Assembly (NCBI GenBank): GCA_005191425.1
Contig: SUPR01000030.1
Coordinates: 4,611-36,610 of the forward strand
Direction of reading: 5' to 3'
Source: Candidatus Helarchaeota ASGARD archaeon Hel_GB_B
GTDB taxonomy: Archaea; Asgardarchaeota; Lokiarchaeia; Helarchaeales; HEL-GB-B
Length of the DNA: 32,000 bases
Below are positions 1-9,100 of this stretch, one piece after another. Each line of letters starts with the position of its first letter. The first letter of the stretch is position 1. Made by a program: the position numbers and the translations under genes. The notes under the pieces were generated by a model that saw only the letters and a list, made by a program, of their open reading frames with translations, searched no databases and had not been told where the DNA came from.

Positions 1-270
1 ATTACCGCAATTCGTAAAAAAGAATATAAATTATTAATAGGAGACATTTTCGGAAGCTGTATTATTGACGCCAGCCTGTCAATTAGTATAGGCCAATTCT
101 TTTTCCCACAATCTGTATCAGCTGACCTCGCTTCCACTACCATTATTTTTACTTTAATTGCATCTTCTTTGGTCATTTTTTTGCTCGTGATCAGAGGTAA
201 AGTTGATAGAAAATCCGGAATTATCTTTATAATTATTTATTTCTTTTCCTATTTGTTATTTTTTATTTAA
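1..270 (+). CDS. Na+/Ca2+ (CaCA/YrbG-like) antiporter, C-terminal part (5'-truncated by window)
   Basis: Not in the ORF track. Frame +1 is open from base 1 to TAA at 268-270: ITAIRKKEYKLLIGDIFGSCIIDASLSISIG...VDRKSGIIFIIIYFFSYLLFFI*. It matches the second alpha-repeat motif (A.RK....LaIG.i.GS.i) followed by TM helices. Confidence 0.8.
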   Translation: MTAIRKKEYKLLIGDIFGSCIIDASLSISIGQFFFPQSVSADLASTTIIFTLIASSLVIFLLVIRGKVDRKSGIIFIIIYFFSYLLFFI

Positions 271-988
271 TTTTTTATTTAATTTATAATTTCAATAGAG
301 TTTTAATGAAATGAATTTATTTTTTATTTTCCATCAATAAAATTACACACCCCCTCTTATTTAAATTTGTTAACCTTTTTTTTGTTGTAATTTTGTTAAA
401 AAAAAAATAGCTGATAGATATGAATTAAAGATAGGACATGTTAAATTAGCCATTAAATATTATTCTTTAGAGATATTGGAGTTTATAAAAAAATAGGAGC
501 AACCCCGCTGTTGATATTAATCCAATGAGTTCAAGTATTGTTAAAGCAATATAAGAATACATTAGAATATTTCAAGCATTATTATCATGGATTTATAAAA
601 TTAGGGCTAAAATTTTCAGATTTAACAAAGATGTGGTATTATCATTCCTTAGAAGATGTTGACAACACTCTAAAAAAATTGGAAAAGAAAATAAACGTTA
701 AGAAATCTTTTTTAATTTCATTTTTCTAAAAGGATACAAATTTATTTATATATTAATTAGAGATAAGAATTTAAAAAAATTTGAAAATTTGGAAGATTTG
801 TCTTTAATGTGAAAAATTTAATTTTTTAATTCAATGATTAAGCTAATTAACTCAAGTTTTTATTTAAAAAATAAAAAAAATACATATTAAATGTATATTT
901 ATATAAATGATTAAATATTGACGTCCTTAACTTTTTGTTTATTTTATTCAACTTTATTTTGGTTTATTCTTTTTTCTCTAATTCTTAC

Positions 989-2722
989 TTACTTTTTCTT
1001 TTTTCCATATTTAAAATATAATACCAATCCTACTGCAGCCGCTGATATTACAATAATTAAAATATATATCCACGTCGTTGATATTGTTTGTAATGATGCT
1101 GATTGTAAATCTACTTTTACATAATTTGTATAATTAACGTTTCCCGCCGAGTCGACCAGCCAAATGTATATAGTATGATTTCCGCTATCGAGCATATTAA
1201 CTATAATTTGACTGATATTTACTCCTGCAACGTAGGTACCGTCTTTATTTGAACTTGGTGGAGAATCTACCTTATAATACACTCCTATTATCCCTGATAA
1301 ATCATTTGGGTTAGTCCAACTTATTACGAACGAATTCATATACGAAACAACTTGATTTACCTTTACGTCCGTTATCTTTCCTATGGATATATCTTTATAA
1401 AAATTCCATGACGGAGCTGACCCATTATTTATATTATTTAAATCGTCCCAGGCTTTGAAATATATTACGTGTAATCCTTCGGTCAATGAATTCCAAATAG
1501 AACTCGATACCTTAAAGTTTGTGGTAACTTTATTTCCTGGATTGTCTGTGAATATTGCAGTCCAGCCAGTCGTATTAAAACCTGATGGTGTATATGAATC
1601 TATTTTATAATAAGCGTCGTCTAGTGAAAAAGAATCCGTAAAATTTACCTGGACCGTGGGCGGAGAATTGTAATAATTGCCATTCGTTATATTGAACGAA
1701 ATAGACGGACTCGTTGTATCTATCTTAATAATTGAAGTATTACCTTGAATACCCAAGTTACCGTTAAGATTTTTTGCTCTAAATCTTATAGTATTAAATA
1801 CGTCAGAGTCTTGCCCAAAAGGCACCGCATTTACTTTTGCATATAGCCACCCAGTATCTCCATTTTCTGCCAAGTTAGTACACAGTGGGTCTTCATAGAC
1901 GCCATCTACTTGAGCCCAATTGTTAGGACTCACTGAACCAGTTGTCGAATAAGCGTATTGAACCGAGGAGATATTGATACCATCTTTTTCAAGACAAAAT
2001 TTTGCGACGACTGTTGGAGTCTGATTTTTAGACCACCCAATTGGAGTATAAATTGAAAAAGAATCTAATTTACTATACATAACCAGAAACGCGTCATTAT
2101 TGCCTGCTCCAAAACTATAAGTTTCTCCATTAATATACACGTTATTATCCCCGTCCACTGCTACACCACAACCATCATCTTTAGCCGAACCGCCCCAAGT
2201 TAAGTTCCACAACTGGACACCGTTTGGATTATATTTCGCCAATAATGCATCACCTCCACCACCCGCCGTATATCCATTAATATACACGTTGTTCTCCCCG
2301 TCCACCGCCACATCATAACCATAATCGCTAGACGCACCGCCCCACGTCACGTTCCATAACCGAAGTCCACTTGGATCATACTTTACCAGAAACGCGTCAT
2401 CACTGCCCGCTCCAAAACTATAAGTCTCTCCACTAATATACACGTTGTTCTCACCGTCCACCACCACTCCATAACCATTATCGATAGACCAACCGCCCCA
2501 CGTTGTATTATATTCCTTTAAATATAAATTATTGTCTTCTAACGTTGATAACTTAATTTTCCCATCTTTATAACTGTGACTATCATTTGGATTATTATTG
2601 GACACTCCAGCACTCATTAAAGATTGATCATTGAAATATAGTATTGAATAGGTCGATAACATAAGTAAGATTGTAAATGCAAATATTAAAACCTTTAAAT
2701 TTTTAATTTTCATTCTTCTCAC
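989..2722 (-). CDS. Membrane-anchored surface protein: N-terminal signal/TM, 3 SBBP-type beta-propeller repeats, Ig-like beta-sandwich domains, C-terminal TM plus KKKK
   Basis: Hydrophobic N-terminus; repeats of WGG...D.G..V.VDG.NNVYI.G; DTTSP/ISWTNP/AGNVN Ig-like segments; C-terminal hydrophobic helix followed by YFKYGKKKK. Confidence 0.8.
   Translation of the reverse strand: MRRMKIKNLKVLIFAFTILLMLSTYSILYFNDQSLMSAGVSNNNPNDSHSYKDGKIKLSTLEDNNLYLKEYNTTWGGWSIDNGYGVVVDGENNVYISGETYSFGAGSDDAFLVKYDPSGLRLWNVTWGGASSDYGYDVAVDGENNVYINGYTAGGGGDALLAKYNPNGVQLWNLTWGGSAKDDGCGVAVDGDNNVYINGETYSFGAGNNDAFLVMYSKLDSFSIYTPIGWSKNQTPTVVAKFCLEKDGINISSVQYAYSTTGSVSPNNWAQVDGVYEDPLCTNLAENGDTGWLYAKVNAVPFGQDSDVFNTIRFRAKNLNGNLGIQGNTSIIKIDTTSPSISFNITNGNYYNSPPTVQVNFTDSFSLDDAYYKIDSYTPSGFNTTGWTAIFTDNPGNKVTTNFKVSSSIWNSLTEGLHVIYFKAWDDLNNINNGSAPSWNFYKDISIGKITDVKVNQVVSYMNSFVISWTNPNDLSGIIGVYYKVDSPPSSNKDGTYVAGVNISQIIVNMLDSGNHTIYIWLVDSAGNVNYTNYVKVDLQSASLQTISTTWIYILIIVISAAAVGLVLYFKYGKKKK
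2077..2500 (-). repeat. Three tandem ~150-bp coding repeats (SBBP propeller blades)
   Basis: Near-identical DNA, e.g. ctccaaaactataagt(t/c)tctcca(t/c)taatatacacgtt at ~2107 and ~2409, and ccattaatatacacgttgttctccccgtccac at ~2274. Confidence 0.85.
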
Positions 2723-3373
2723 TTTACATATTATTCCTTTATTTTATATTATATTTTATATTATAATTTACCAATTTTTATATAAAAGTACTTTCACAAA
2801 TCCTATTTAATTTTTTGATTTAAATAACCATTCGATGAAATAAAGTTCTTATTTTCATTTTTTAAACCTCTTATACTTCTATTATATTACTTCTATTTAT
2901 TTCCTCTTTATATGATATTGAATGCTTTTGTAAATTCCAATACTTTTTTTGTCACAGATTCTTTTCTTTTAATTTTTTCAACTCTTTCTTTTTTTCACCT
3001 CCTTTCTATTTAGTTTAATACTAACCAACATCGACCTTCTTACCATTATCTTCCCCAATTTCCCCCTTTTTTTATCTCCTTTACAAACCCCAAAAATTCT
3101 CTTATCGCTAAATAAAAATTTAAAGTTAATTTCCAGTGAAAAAAAAGTATCCAGATGTTAAAAAATCTCTTCTACTTTTATCAAACAATTTTCTATAATA
3201 ACTTCAAAAAAAGAAAAAAACGTCATTTTTTATGATATTTAATCCATCTTGTTCCATTTGTCCGATTTCTAATTGATAATAAAAACTTTTTAATAAATTT
3301 ATAATGAATACCCAAATTAACCATAGAAATTTTTGAAATATTTGATGGTTTCCTTATTATTTCCCATTTTTTA

Positions 3374-4798
3374 CTATTTAACTTTAAATCCATATTTTTT
3401 TAATGAATTTTTCATGTCATTTTTAAAGGATTCAGGGGTACCTTCTAAAAATGCTCCTACCATATCTATACCCTCTACAATATCCGAATTTCTTGACTTT
3501 GCCTTCTGTTCTGCCATTGTCCCAATAGCTATTTTTGCAATTTGCCTAAAATGCTCCGGCGTTTCTAATATAATCTTGTCGAATATTTCTTTTATCCTTG
3601 GTTCCCATCTCATCCCTTCAGATTTCTCACTTTTTTTAATTTCCTCTTTCGGTTCAATCCCAAACTCTCGTCCTGTGGTTAAGTCTTTTAGATATGTTTT
3701 TAATATTGCTACATATGATTTAACTCTCTCTTCATCTCTTATTATTGCTTTCTGCGCCCATTTAGAACAATAATCACATTCATCACACATCGCATTACAG
3801 TTCTGATTCTTGAAAAATTCAATAAACCCATCTAACTTTGTATTATCAATTATAATTTTTGATTTTTGTTCTAAATCCAAGCATTTCCTCATCCCTTCAA
3901 TTGGATCCTTCTGATATGTCCCTTCCGCTGAAATAGAAATAGCCTGTATAATATCAATTAAATTTCCTTTATACTCCCGATTTGAATACGCATTAACTGA
4001 CCTAATTATCCAATTCGTTGGCATTCTACGCCCTGCTATCTTAAAATTTTTTATCCCTATTCTCTCATAATGCACCAAATCTTCAGGCCTTATCCACCTA
4101 CATTTTATTAACTCCACTGGATCTGAATATTTTATAATACTACAATTTAATATACACGTATCTATATACTTACCTTTCATTGGGTGGTCAGTTTGCGAAG
4201 AATGCCCCATAAGGTTATAATGATAAAGCCGAAATGGACACTGAAATAAACACCCATCCGTTAATAGTAAATTTAACTCACAATTGTATTTTCTAAGCGC
4301 TTTTTGCATCTTCTCTAAAGTCTTAAAATCCCTATTTATCATAGCATCCGGTGTTATCTCTGATGCTCCTAACTCAGCATAAAATTTTGCCCGATTGACC
4401 GAATTCACCGTTGCAATTGTCGATACCCTTATTTTTAATTCTGGAAATTGCTCATGTATTATTTGTATCAAAAATGGTATCGTCACTATTACATAATCTG
4501 ATCCTATATTAACTATCCACTCGAGATACTCTATTATCTTTCTATAATACCCCTTGTCATATTCTATATTTCCTAAACATGGCGCATTTAATAAATAAGC
4601 AAATTTCATCCTATTTTTGTGTACTTCCTTTATGTATTCAGTAATTTCCTCCTCTGAAACCTCGGGTAATAAAAATGACGGCCTACCTCCACCTATCGGC
4701 GTATTTGGCGCACTACCATACAAGTCTCTAACCGGATATTTTATTATTTTCTCAATAAGTTCTGGATCCCAATTTGTCGCTACAGTAAATCGTGCCAT
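3374..4798 (-). CDS. Peptidase U32 family (UbiU/UbiV/TrhP/RlhA-like Fe-S) protein with C-terminal DUF2621/PCP_red-like helical domain
   Basis: Motifs YLLNAPC, IRVSTIA, DGCLFQCPFR..H, WIRPEDL..Y...G...FKIAGR and C-x3-C-x2-C-x2-C. C-terminal WEPRIKEIFDKII..TPEHFR.IAK....AE..A...S..V...D...AFL..TP. The start is placed at the ATG at 4798 because GGAG lies just upstream; the ORF track starts at 4810. Confidence 0.8.
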   Translation of the reverse strand: MARFTVATNWDPELIEKIIKYPVRDLYGSAPNTPIGGGRPSFLLPEVSEEEITEYIKEVHKNRMKFAYLLNAPCLGNIEYDKGYYRKIIEYLEWIVNIGSDYVIVTIPFLIQIIHEQFPELKIRVSTIATVNSVNRAKFYAELGASEITPDAMINRDFKTLEKMQKALRKYNCELNLLLTDGCLFQCPFRLYHYNLMGHSSQTDHPMKGKYIDTCILNCSIIKYSDPVELIKCRWIRPEDLVHYERIGIKNFKIAGRRMPTNWIIRSVNAYSNREYKGNLIDIIQAISISAEGTYQKDPIEGMRKCLDLEQKSKIIIDNTKLDGFIEFFKNQNCNAMCDECDYCSKWAQKAIIRDEERVKSYVAILKTYLKDLTTGREFGIEPKEEIKKSEKSEGMRWEPRIKEIFDKIILETPEHFRQIAKIAIGTMAEQKAKSRNSDIVEGIDMVGAFLEGTPESFKNDMKNSLKKYGFKVK

Positions 4799-5376
4799 AT
4801 ATATCTCCATTAATCTTTTTTCATTTTTTTATTTTCTAACAAATTATTTTTGACTATTCTATAGCCTTTTTGGCTACTTTTTTATTATATCTATTCAATA
4901 TTCTTATTTTTTTAACCATTTATATGGTGCCCTACTCATTTATCTCGCTATTTAAAGATTTTTTAATGTAAAAATTAATATGAAATCTAAAATCTATTTT
5001 CTCATCTGCTCAATTTATCTTTATAAAAATAACTCAGGATTTCTTTTCATTATAGCTATAAATGCCCTTAATTACCTATTTAGACCTATTATTTTATTTT
5101 TTTATTATTTTTCGCAACATCTTGCTCAATGTCCCTTCTATACCTCACTTATTTTTACTAATATTTGTAAAATCTTCCTTAATTTTATCTCACTGAAAAT
5201 GAAATAAAATTATTTATATATTGTTAAAATACAAGACATTTTGAAAAAACTCGATTAACATTGAGACATATTATGTCTGGTGCTAATTGATATCTATTTA
5301 TCCCAGCAAGATATCTCCTCTCATTTATTTAAACTTTACGTATTTAGGTATCTATATAAATTAGGGTGCTAAATCC

Positions 5377-5802
5377 ATGGAAAGCGAGATTGGGGAAAGT
5401 ATTCCCAAAAAACCCGGGAAAATTAAAAGATTTGGCAGATTTCTGTCCAAAGTTGGCAAAAAAGTACTCCCTGCAGTCGCCGATATTGCTACAGGTGTAT
5501 TTATTGGCCCCGCAGTCGCCCCTATCACTCAATTTATTGCCTCCAAATTGACCAACTATGGTATTTCAATTGATGAAGCAGAATTAACAACACTCCCAGA
5601 ATCCTTTAGTAATTTAAAATCACTTCAAACTCTAAATTTAAGATATAATAGATTAGATACTCTCCCGGAATCGTTATGCAATTTACCAAACCTTAAAGAA
5701 ATAATGATTACCAAAAATATGTTAGGAACTCAAGCAAATTCTATTATCAAAAAATGCAAAAAGAAGGGTATTAAAATCAATGATCCAGACGAAAGATATT
5801 AA
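5377..5802 (+). CDS. Small leucine-rich-repeat protein with basic/amphipathic N-terminus
   Basis: LTTLPESFSNLKSLQTLNLRYNRLDTLPESLCNLPNLKEIMITKN fits the LxxLxLxxNxLxxLPxx consensus (2-3 repeats), with a typical LRR C-cap (..KKGIKI). Confidence 0.8.
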   Translation: MESEIGESIPKKPGKIKRFGRFLSKVGKKVLPAVADIATGVFIGPAVAPITQFIASKLTNYGISIDEAELTTLPESFSNLKSLQTLNLRYNRLDTLPESLCNLPNLKEIMITKNMLGTQANSIIKKCKKKGIKINDPDERY

Positions 5803-5969
5803 TTTTTATGTCTTTTATTAAAAAAATTTAATATTTGTTTTCTTTTCCTGTAAAATTTAATATCATCCCAAAATTTAATCTTTAATAAACTTCATAATTC
5901 TTTTAGATTTATGCCTAAATTTTCTTAAATAAAAAAATAAATATTGAATTTTATTCTATCTTCTTAAAT

Positions 5970-6419
5970 TCAATCTCTCGCTGCTGACGCCTGTAAAATT
6001 CCGCCAAATAACCCTGCTATAAATATTACTACAGATATTGAATGCACTATTCCTCCTGAAGCATATACAGGCAGCCCATTATAAATTGCCATTACATTTA
6101 CAAATATATCAAATGTAAGAAATAAGATTGCACCTATTAATACTGAATATCCGCCCTTCCAAAAACCTATGATTGCTCCTATTGTCAATAAAATTGAACT
6201 TATTATCCAAATTATTATTCCTGCTAACCAGCAATATGCAAATAGTGAGTAAGTTGACATATATCCAATTACTTCAGTCCACCTTGTAAAATAGTATCCC
6301 AATAAATAGTGTGATGATGGGACCCCAACAAAACTTGGAGAAACTAAACCAGTTACTACCGCTAAAATGCCCGCAAATATAGCTACAAAACCGCCAAATA
6401 CAGTCCTAAATCCGCCCAT
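5970..6419 (-). CDS. Hypothetical integral membrane protein, about 4 TM helices
   Basis: 149-aa ORF with four Gly-rich hydrophobic segments. Confidence 0.7.
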   Translation of the reverse strand: MGGFRTVFGGFVAIFAGILAVVTGLVSPSFVGVPSSHYLLGYYFTRWTEVIGYMSTYSLFAYCWLAGIIIWIISSILLTIGAIIGFWKGGYSVLIGAILFLTFDIFVNVMAIYNGLPVYASGGIVHSISVVIFIAGLFGGILQASAARD

Positions 6420-6926
6420 TAGCTTATACCTTCTAATTTATTTTTTAATTTAAATTTCTGTTTTTTCTTTTTTGTTTTCTATTTCTAAATTTTTTATTTT
6501 TTGACTTAATTTTTATAATTTTTATTGTTAGTATTTAGATAGAATTTTTTAATAAAAAGTTTCCGAATTAATGCTCCCATTACATTCCAATATCCTAATT
6601 AAGAAATTAAATAAGTTTCAGGTGATTTTTTAGATATTAGCATATTTTCTAATTATTCATTACTTTTTTGCGTATATTGAAATTGGTATATTATTTATAT
6701 TCCATAACTCATTTACAATTAGAAATTCCCTTAAATTTCGTCCTTATATGGAAATTTTGTCTAAATTTTTGCTGCTAAAAAAGCGTAAAGTGCCAATAAA
6801 AAGATTCAATTTTAAGACTTCAGGACACTATAAATTTCAATATAAAGATAAGAAATAGAAGAAAATATGAGAAATAAATAGAGTTTTACCTATCAATTGA
6901 TTTTACTGTACTTGGTTCTTTAAAGG

Positions 6927-7358
6927 TCATAGAAAATTCAAAATTTCTATTATTTCATCTTTAAACCGGTCTTTCATTTGATTTATCCTTAAAATGAAGT
7001 TTTCAATTATTTTAATTTGTTTTTGAATTTCTTTATTTTTTTTGTTATTTTCTATTTTCTCAATTAAATCTTTAAAATTATCGTTTATTTTGTTCACAGG
7101 GCAGATATATTTTTTTCTTAGTTTTCCATCACTCCAAAAATAGTGGTAATAATAGGGGCCATGTAATGATACACCATTATTACACCTGCAACCTTTTTTT
7201 CCGCATTTTACATATTCGTAAATAAGAATACCAGATTCGCTGTCCTTAATTTGCAACATTAAATTTTTCCGTTTTTGAGTTAAGTCATCTAGTTTTTCAT
7301 TTAATTTATTCAATAAATTGATTAAGTCCTCATCCCTTAATACTGTTTTTGATAACAT
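6927..7358 (-). CDS. DUF6788-like putative Zn-binding/DNA-binding protein flanked by coiled coils
   Basis: Motif YVKCGKKGCRC..G..LHGPYYY..W.DGKLRKKYI fits the CGK.xCxC...HGPY family as I recall it; Leu/Lys/Ile heptads on both sides. Confidence 0.7.
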   Translation of the reverse strand: MLSKTVLRDEDLINLLNKLNEKLDDLTQKRKNLMLQIKDSESGILIYEYVKCGKKGCRCNNGVSLHGPYYYHYFWSDGKLRKKYICPVNKINDNFKDLIEKIENNKKNKEIQKQIKIIENFILRINQMKDRFKDEIIEILNFL

Positions 7359-7742
7359 TTTCTAATTATCACTTATAAAGTTTATTAATAAATAATAATA
7401 AATAAATTAATACTTTACATAAGATATTAATCATTTAAAAATTATTCGGTATTTAAAAACCCTTATATACATATTACATAGATTGTTTATAAACCCATGG
7501 TTTATTTATAAACTATTTTTAAATATATATAAATCTCATACTTATATATTAAATATTGTGTAGTTCCCTCCTATATTTCCACTCCAAGTATTATACTGAA
7601 CCTGAAGTATCTTTTATCTAAATAATTTTAATATTATATTTAACTTATTAGACAAATTGATATTTAAATTACTTATTTAATTTACCTATTGAAATATAAT
7701 TTTTTAATATAAAAAAAAATAAAGCATTATAATTTTTTGAAA

Positions 7743-7764
7743 TCTCCAGAGGAAATTAAGGGGT
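7743..7764 (+). promoter_or_regulatory. ORB-like origin recognition box (Orc1/Cdc6 site)
   Basis: TCTCCAGAGGAAATTAAGGGGT: TCCA-n-n-GGAAA core plus G-string, as in the archaeal ORB consensus. Confidence 0.6.
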
Positions 7765-7808
7765 AAGGGAATTATTAGACAAATAAAACATAGGCAAAAA
7801 AAGAATAA

Positions 7809-7831
7809 ACTCCCTAATTTCCATTGGAAAC
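7809..7831 (-). promoter_or_regulatory. Second ORB-like box, inverted relative to the first
   Basis: The minus strand reads GTTTCCAATGGAAATTAGGGAGT; its last 22 nt share 17/22 positions with the first box, and the G-strings face each other. Confidence 0.6.
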
Positions 7832-7985
7832 ATTTTTGAAAAAATAAAAAAATAAAAAACTAAACCCAAATTTGAAGAAAAAATAAAGAAAAAAATGCAT
7901 TCATAATGTAAAAAAAGATAGATAAATAGTCAAATCTTCCGAATTATAATGCAATAAAATAAAAATCAATCGTAAATAGGAAGTA

Positions 7986-8032
7986 ATCTTGTGTAATATT
8001 ATCAACTTTTCATTATTGACTTTACATAAGAT
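7986..8032. repeat. 47-bp element, copy A: inverted arms ATCTTGTGTAA-N25-TTACATAAGAT
   Basis: Arms at 7986-7996 and 8022-8032 (one mismatch), with a 25-nt spacer. Confidence 0.7.
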
Positions 8033-8212
8033 AATAAGTGATTAATTTTTTTTTACGATAAAGATGACCTGGTATTATTTTAGACATAAAATAATAATTA
8101 ATTTAGAAAAAAAATCAGATAAAGTCAGGAAGATAAAAAAAAGAGTTAGATATGGAAAAAGGTCTTTCTATCATTACCTAGTAAAATGAAAATCTGTTAT
8201 AAAAAGGATTAG

Positions 8213-8259
8213 ATCTTATGTAATATAACAATTTTCACATTGCCAACTTTACATAAGAA
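8213..8259. repeat. 47-bp element, copy B: TCTTATGTAA-N25-TTACATAAGA
   Basis: Perfect 10-bp inverted arms at 8214-8223 and 8249-8258, with the same 25-nt spacer length and a similar spacer to copy A. Confidence 0.7.
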
Positions 8260-8302
8260 AATGGGTTTATTTTTAGCATTTCATAATAAGAGATACCTGG
8301 AA

Positions 8303-9100
8303 CTATTTTGAGCTAAAAAATTTAATGGGTTCATTAGAAGGGACAAAAATGGATTTAATTTCAGGGATTTCAATTTGGAGGTCATGAGTTACGAATTGTT
8401 CAAGGATAATATTAAGCCAATTATAAGGTAAAATGCAGATATTAATGTTGTAATCTTCTGCGAATCGGGCTTTAAAAAAGTCAATAGAGGAGCAGATGAG
8501 GGTATTGATATCTTGGTAGTAGCATTGAGCGATGAAATTTTCGGTAGGGGGGTCTTCAAGGTAGACCAAGATTTTATCGACAGGGAAGTTAATATTGTTA
8601 TAGGGGGACACGTAGTTAATATATTTGAGGTTAAATTTAGTCTGGATGATATCGAGTAGTTGATTAAAATTCAGGTTATTTTGGTGGGGTTCAAAGATAC
8701 GTCCTGAATCTTGGTTGTTAAAGTGGAAGACATTGACCATTTCAAGGTTAAGAATAGAGCCGATGCGTTCATGGATACCATAAGGTACAGAGAAAAAATC
8801 TTTAGGAATTTCTAGAATAACGACTTTTTTATCACGAAGGAATTTTAATTTTTGGTAGAGGTCATCAATTATATTAGGGCGAGACCAGGTATGGAATAAT
8901 AATAACAGGTCAGCTTTTTCTTCGATGAGAGTAGAGATAGCATTATAATTAAAATCAGGGGAAACGATACATTTGTTAATAGAGAATTTTTTAAGGTCAT
9001 TAAGGTGAGTGGAACCAAATTTAATAATAGATTGGGGGTTTAATTCAATTATTTGGAGAATTTTTTTAAGTTTAGAGATGAACTCAGCTAAATTAATCAT
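8303..9100 (-). CDS. Nif3/YbgI-like protein (GTP cyclohydrolase I type 2 fold), divergent
   Basis: Layout matches NIF3: INKCIVSPDFNYNAI...ADLLLLFH, G..E.I..IL.L, GRIF, L.FNQLL..IQ.KF.L, VDKILV, TLIC.SI.F..A..A....INI, and a terminal P..F. Most metal ligands are missing. Confidence 0.65.
   Translation of the reverse strand: MINLAEFISKLKKILQIIELNPQSIIKFGSTHLNDLKKFSINKCIVSPDFNYNAISTLIEEKADLLLLFHTWSRPNIIDDLYQKLKFLRDKKVVILEIPKDFFSVPYGIHERIGSILNLEMVNVFHFNNQDSGRIFEPHQNNLNFNQLLDIIQTKFNLKYINYVSPYNNINFPVDKILVYLEDPPTENFIAQCYYQDINTLICSSIDFFKARFAEDYNINICILPYNWLNIILEQFVTHDLQIEIPEIKSIFVPSNEPIKFFSSK

Noticed and set aside
420-815. ORF 538-729 and a protein-like overlapping frame from ATG 525 with three internal stops (possible pseudogene)
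   Set aside because: No recognisable motif in either frame; it cannot be distinguished from AT-rich noise without a homology search.
3129-3147. Isolated TTCCAGTGAAA resembling an ORB core
   Set aside because: Lacks the GGAAA core and G-string, has no partner box, and shows no skew change.
3333-5551. Track ORFs 918-1124, 3333-3773, 4617-4853, 4980-5207, 5344-5532 and 5366-5551
   Set aside because: Antisense or out-of-frame shadows of better-supported genes, or low-complexity AT-rich ORFs.
5970-6419. Claudin/tetraspan-like topology of the 4-TM protein
   Set aside because: No W-LW-C-C signature; topology alone is not enough.
6430-6900. Possible decayed ORF fragments upstream of the 4-TM gene
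   Set aside because: Multiple stops and no identifiable family.
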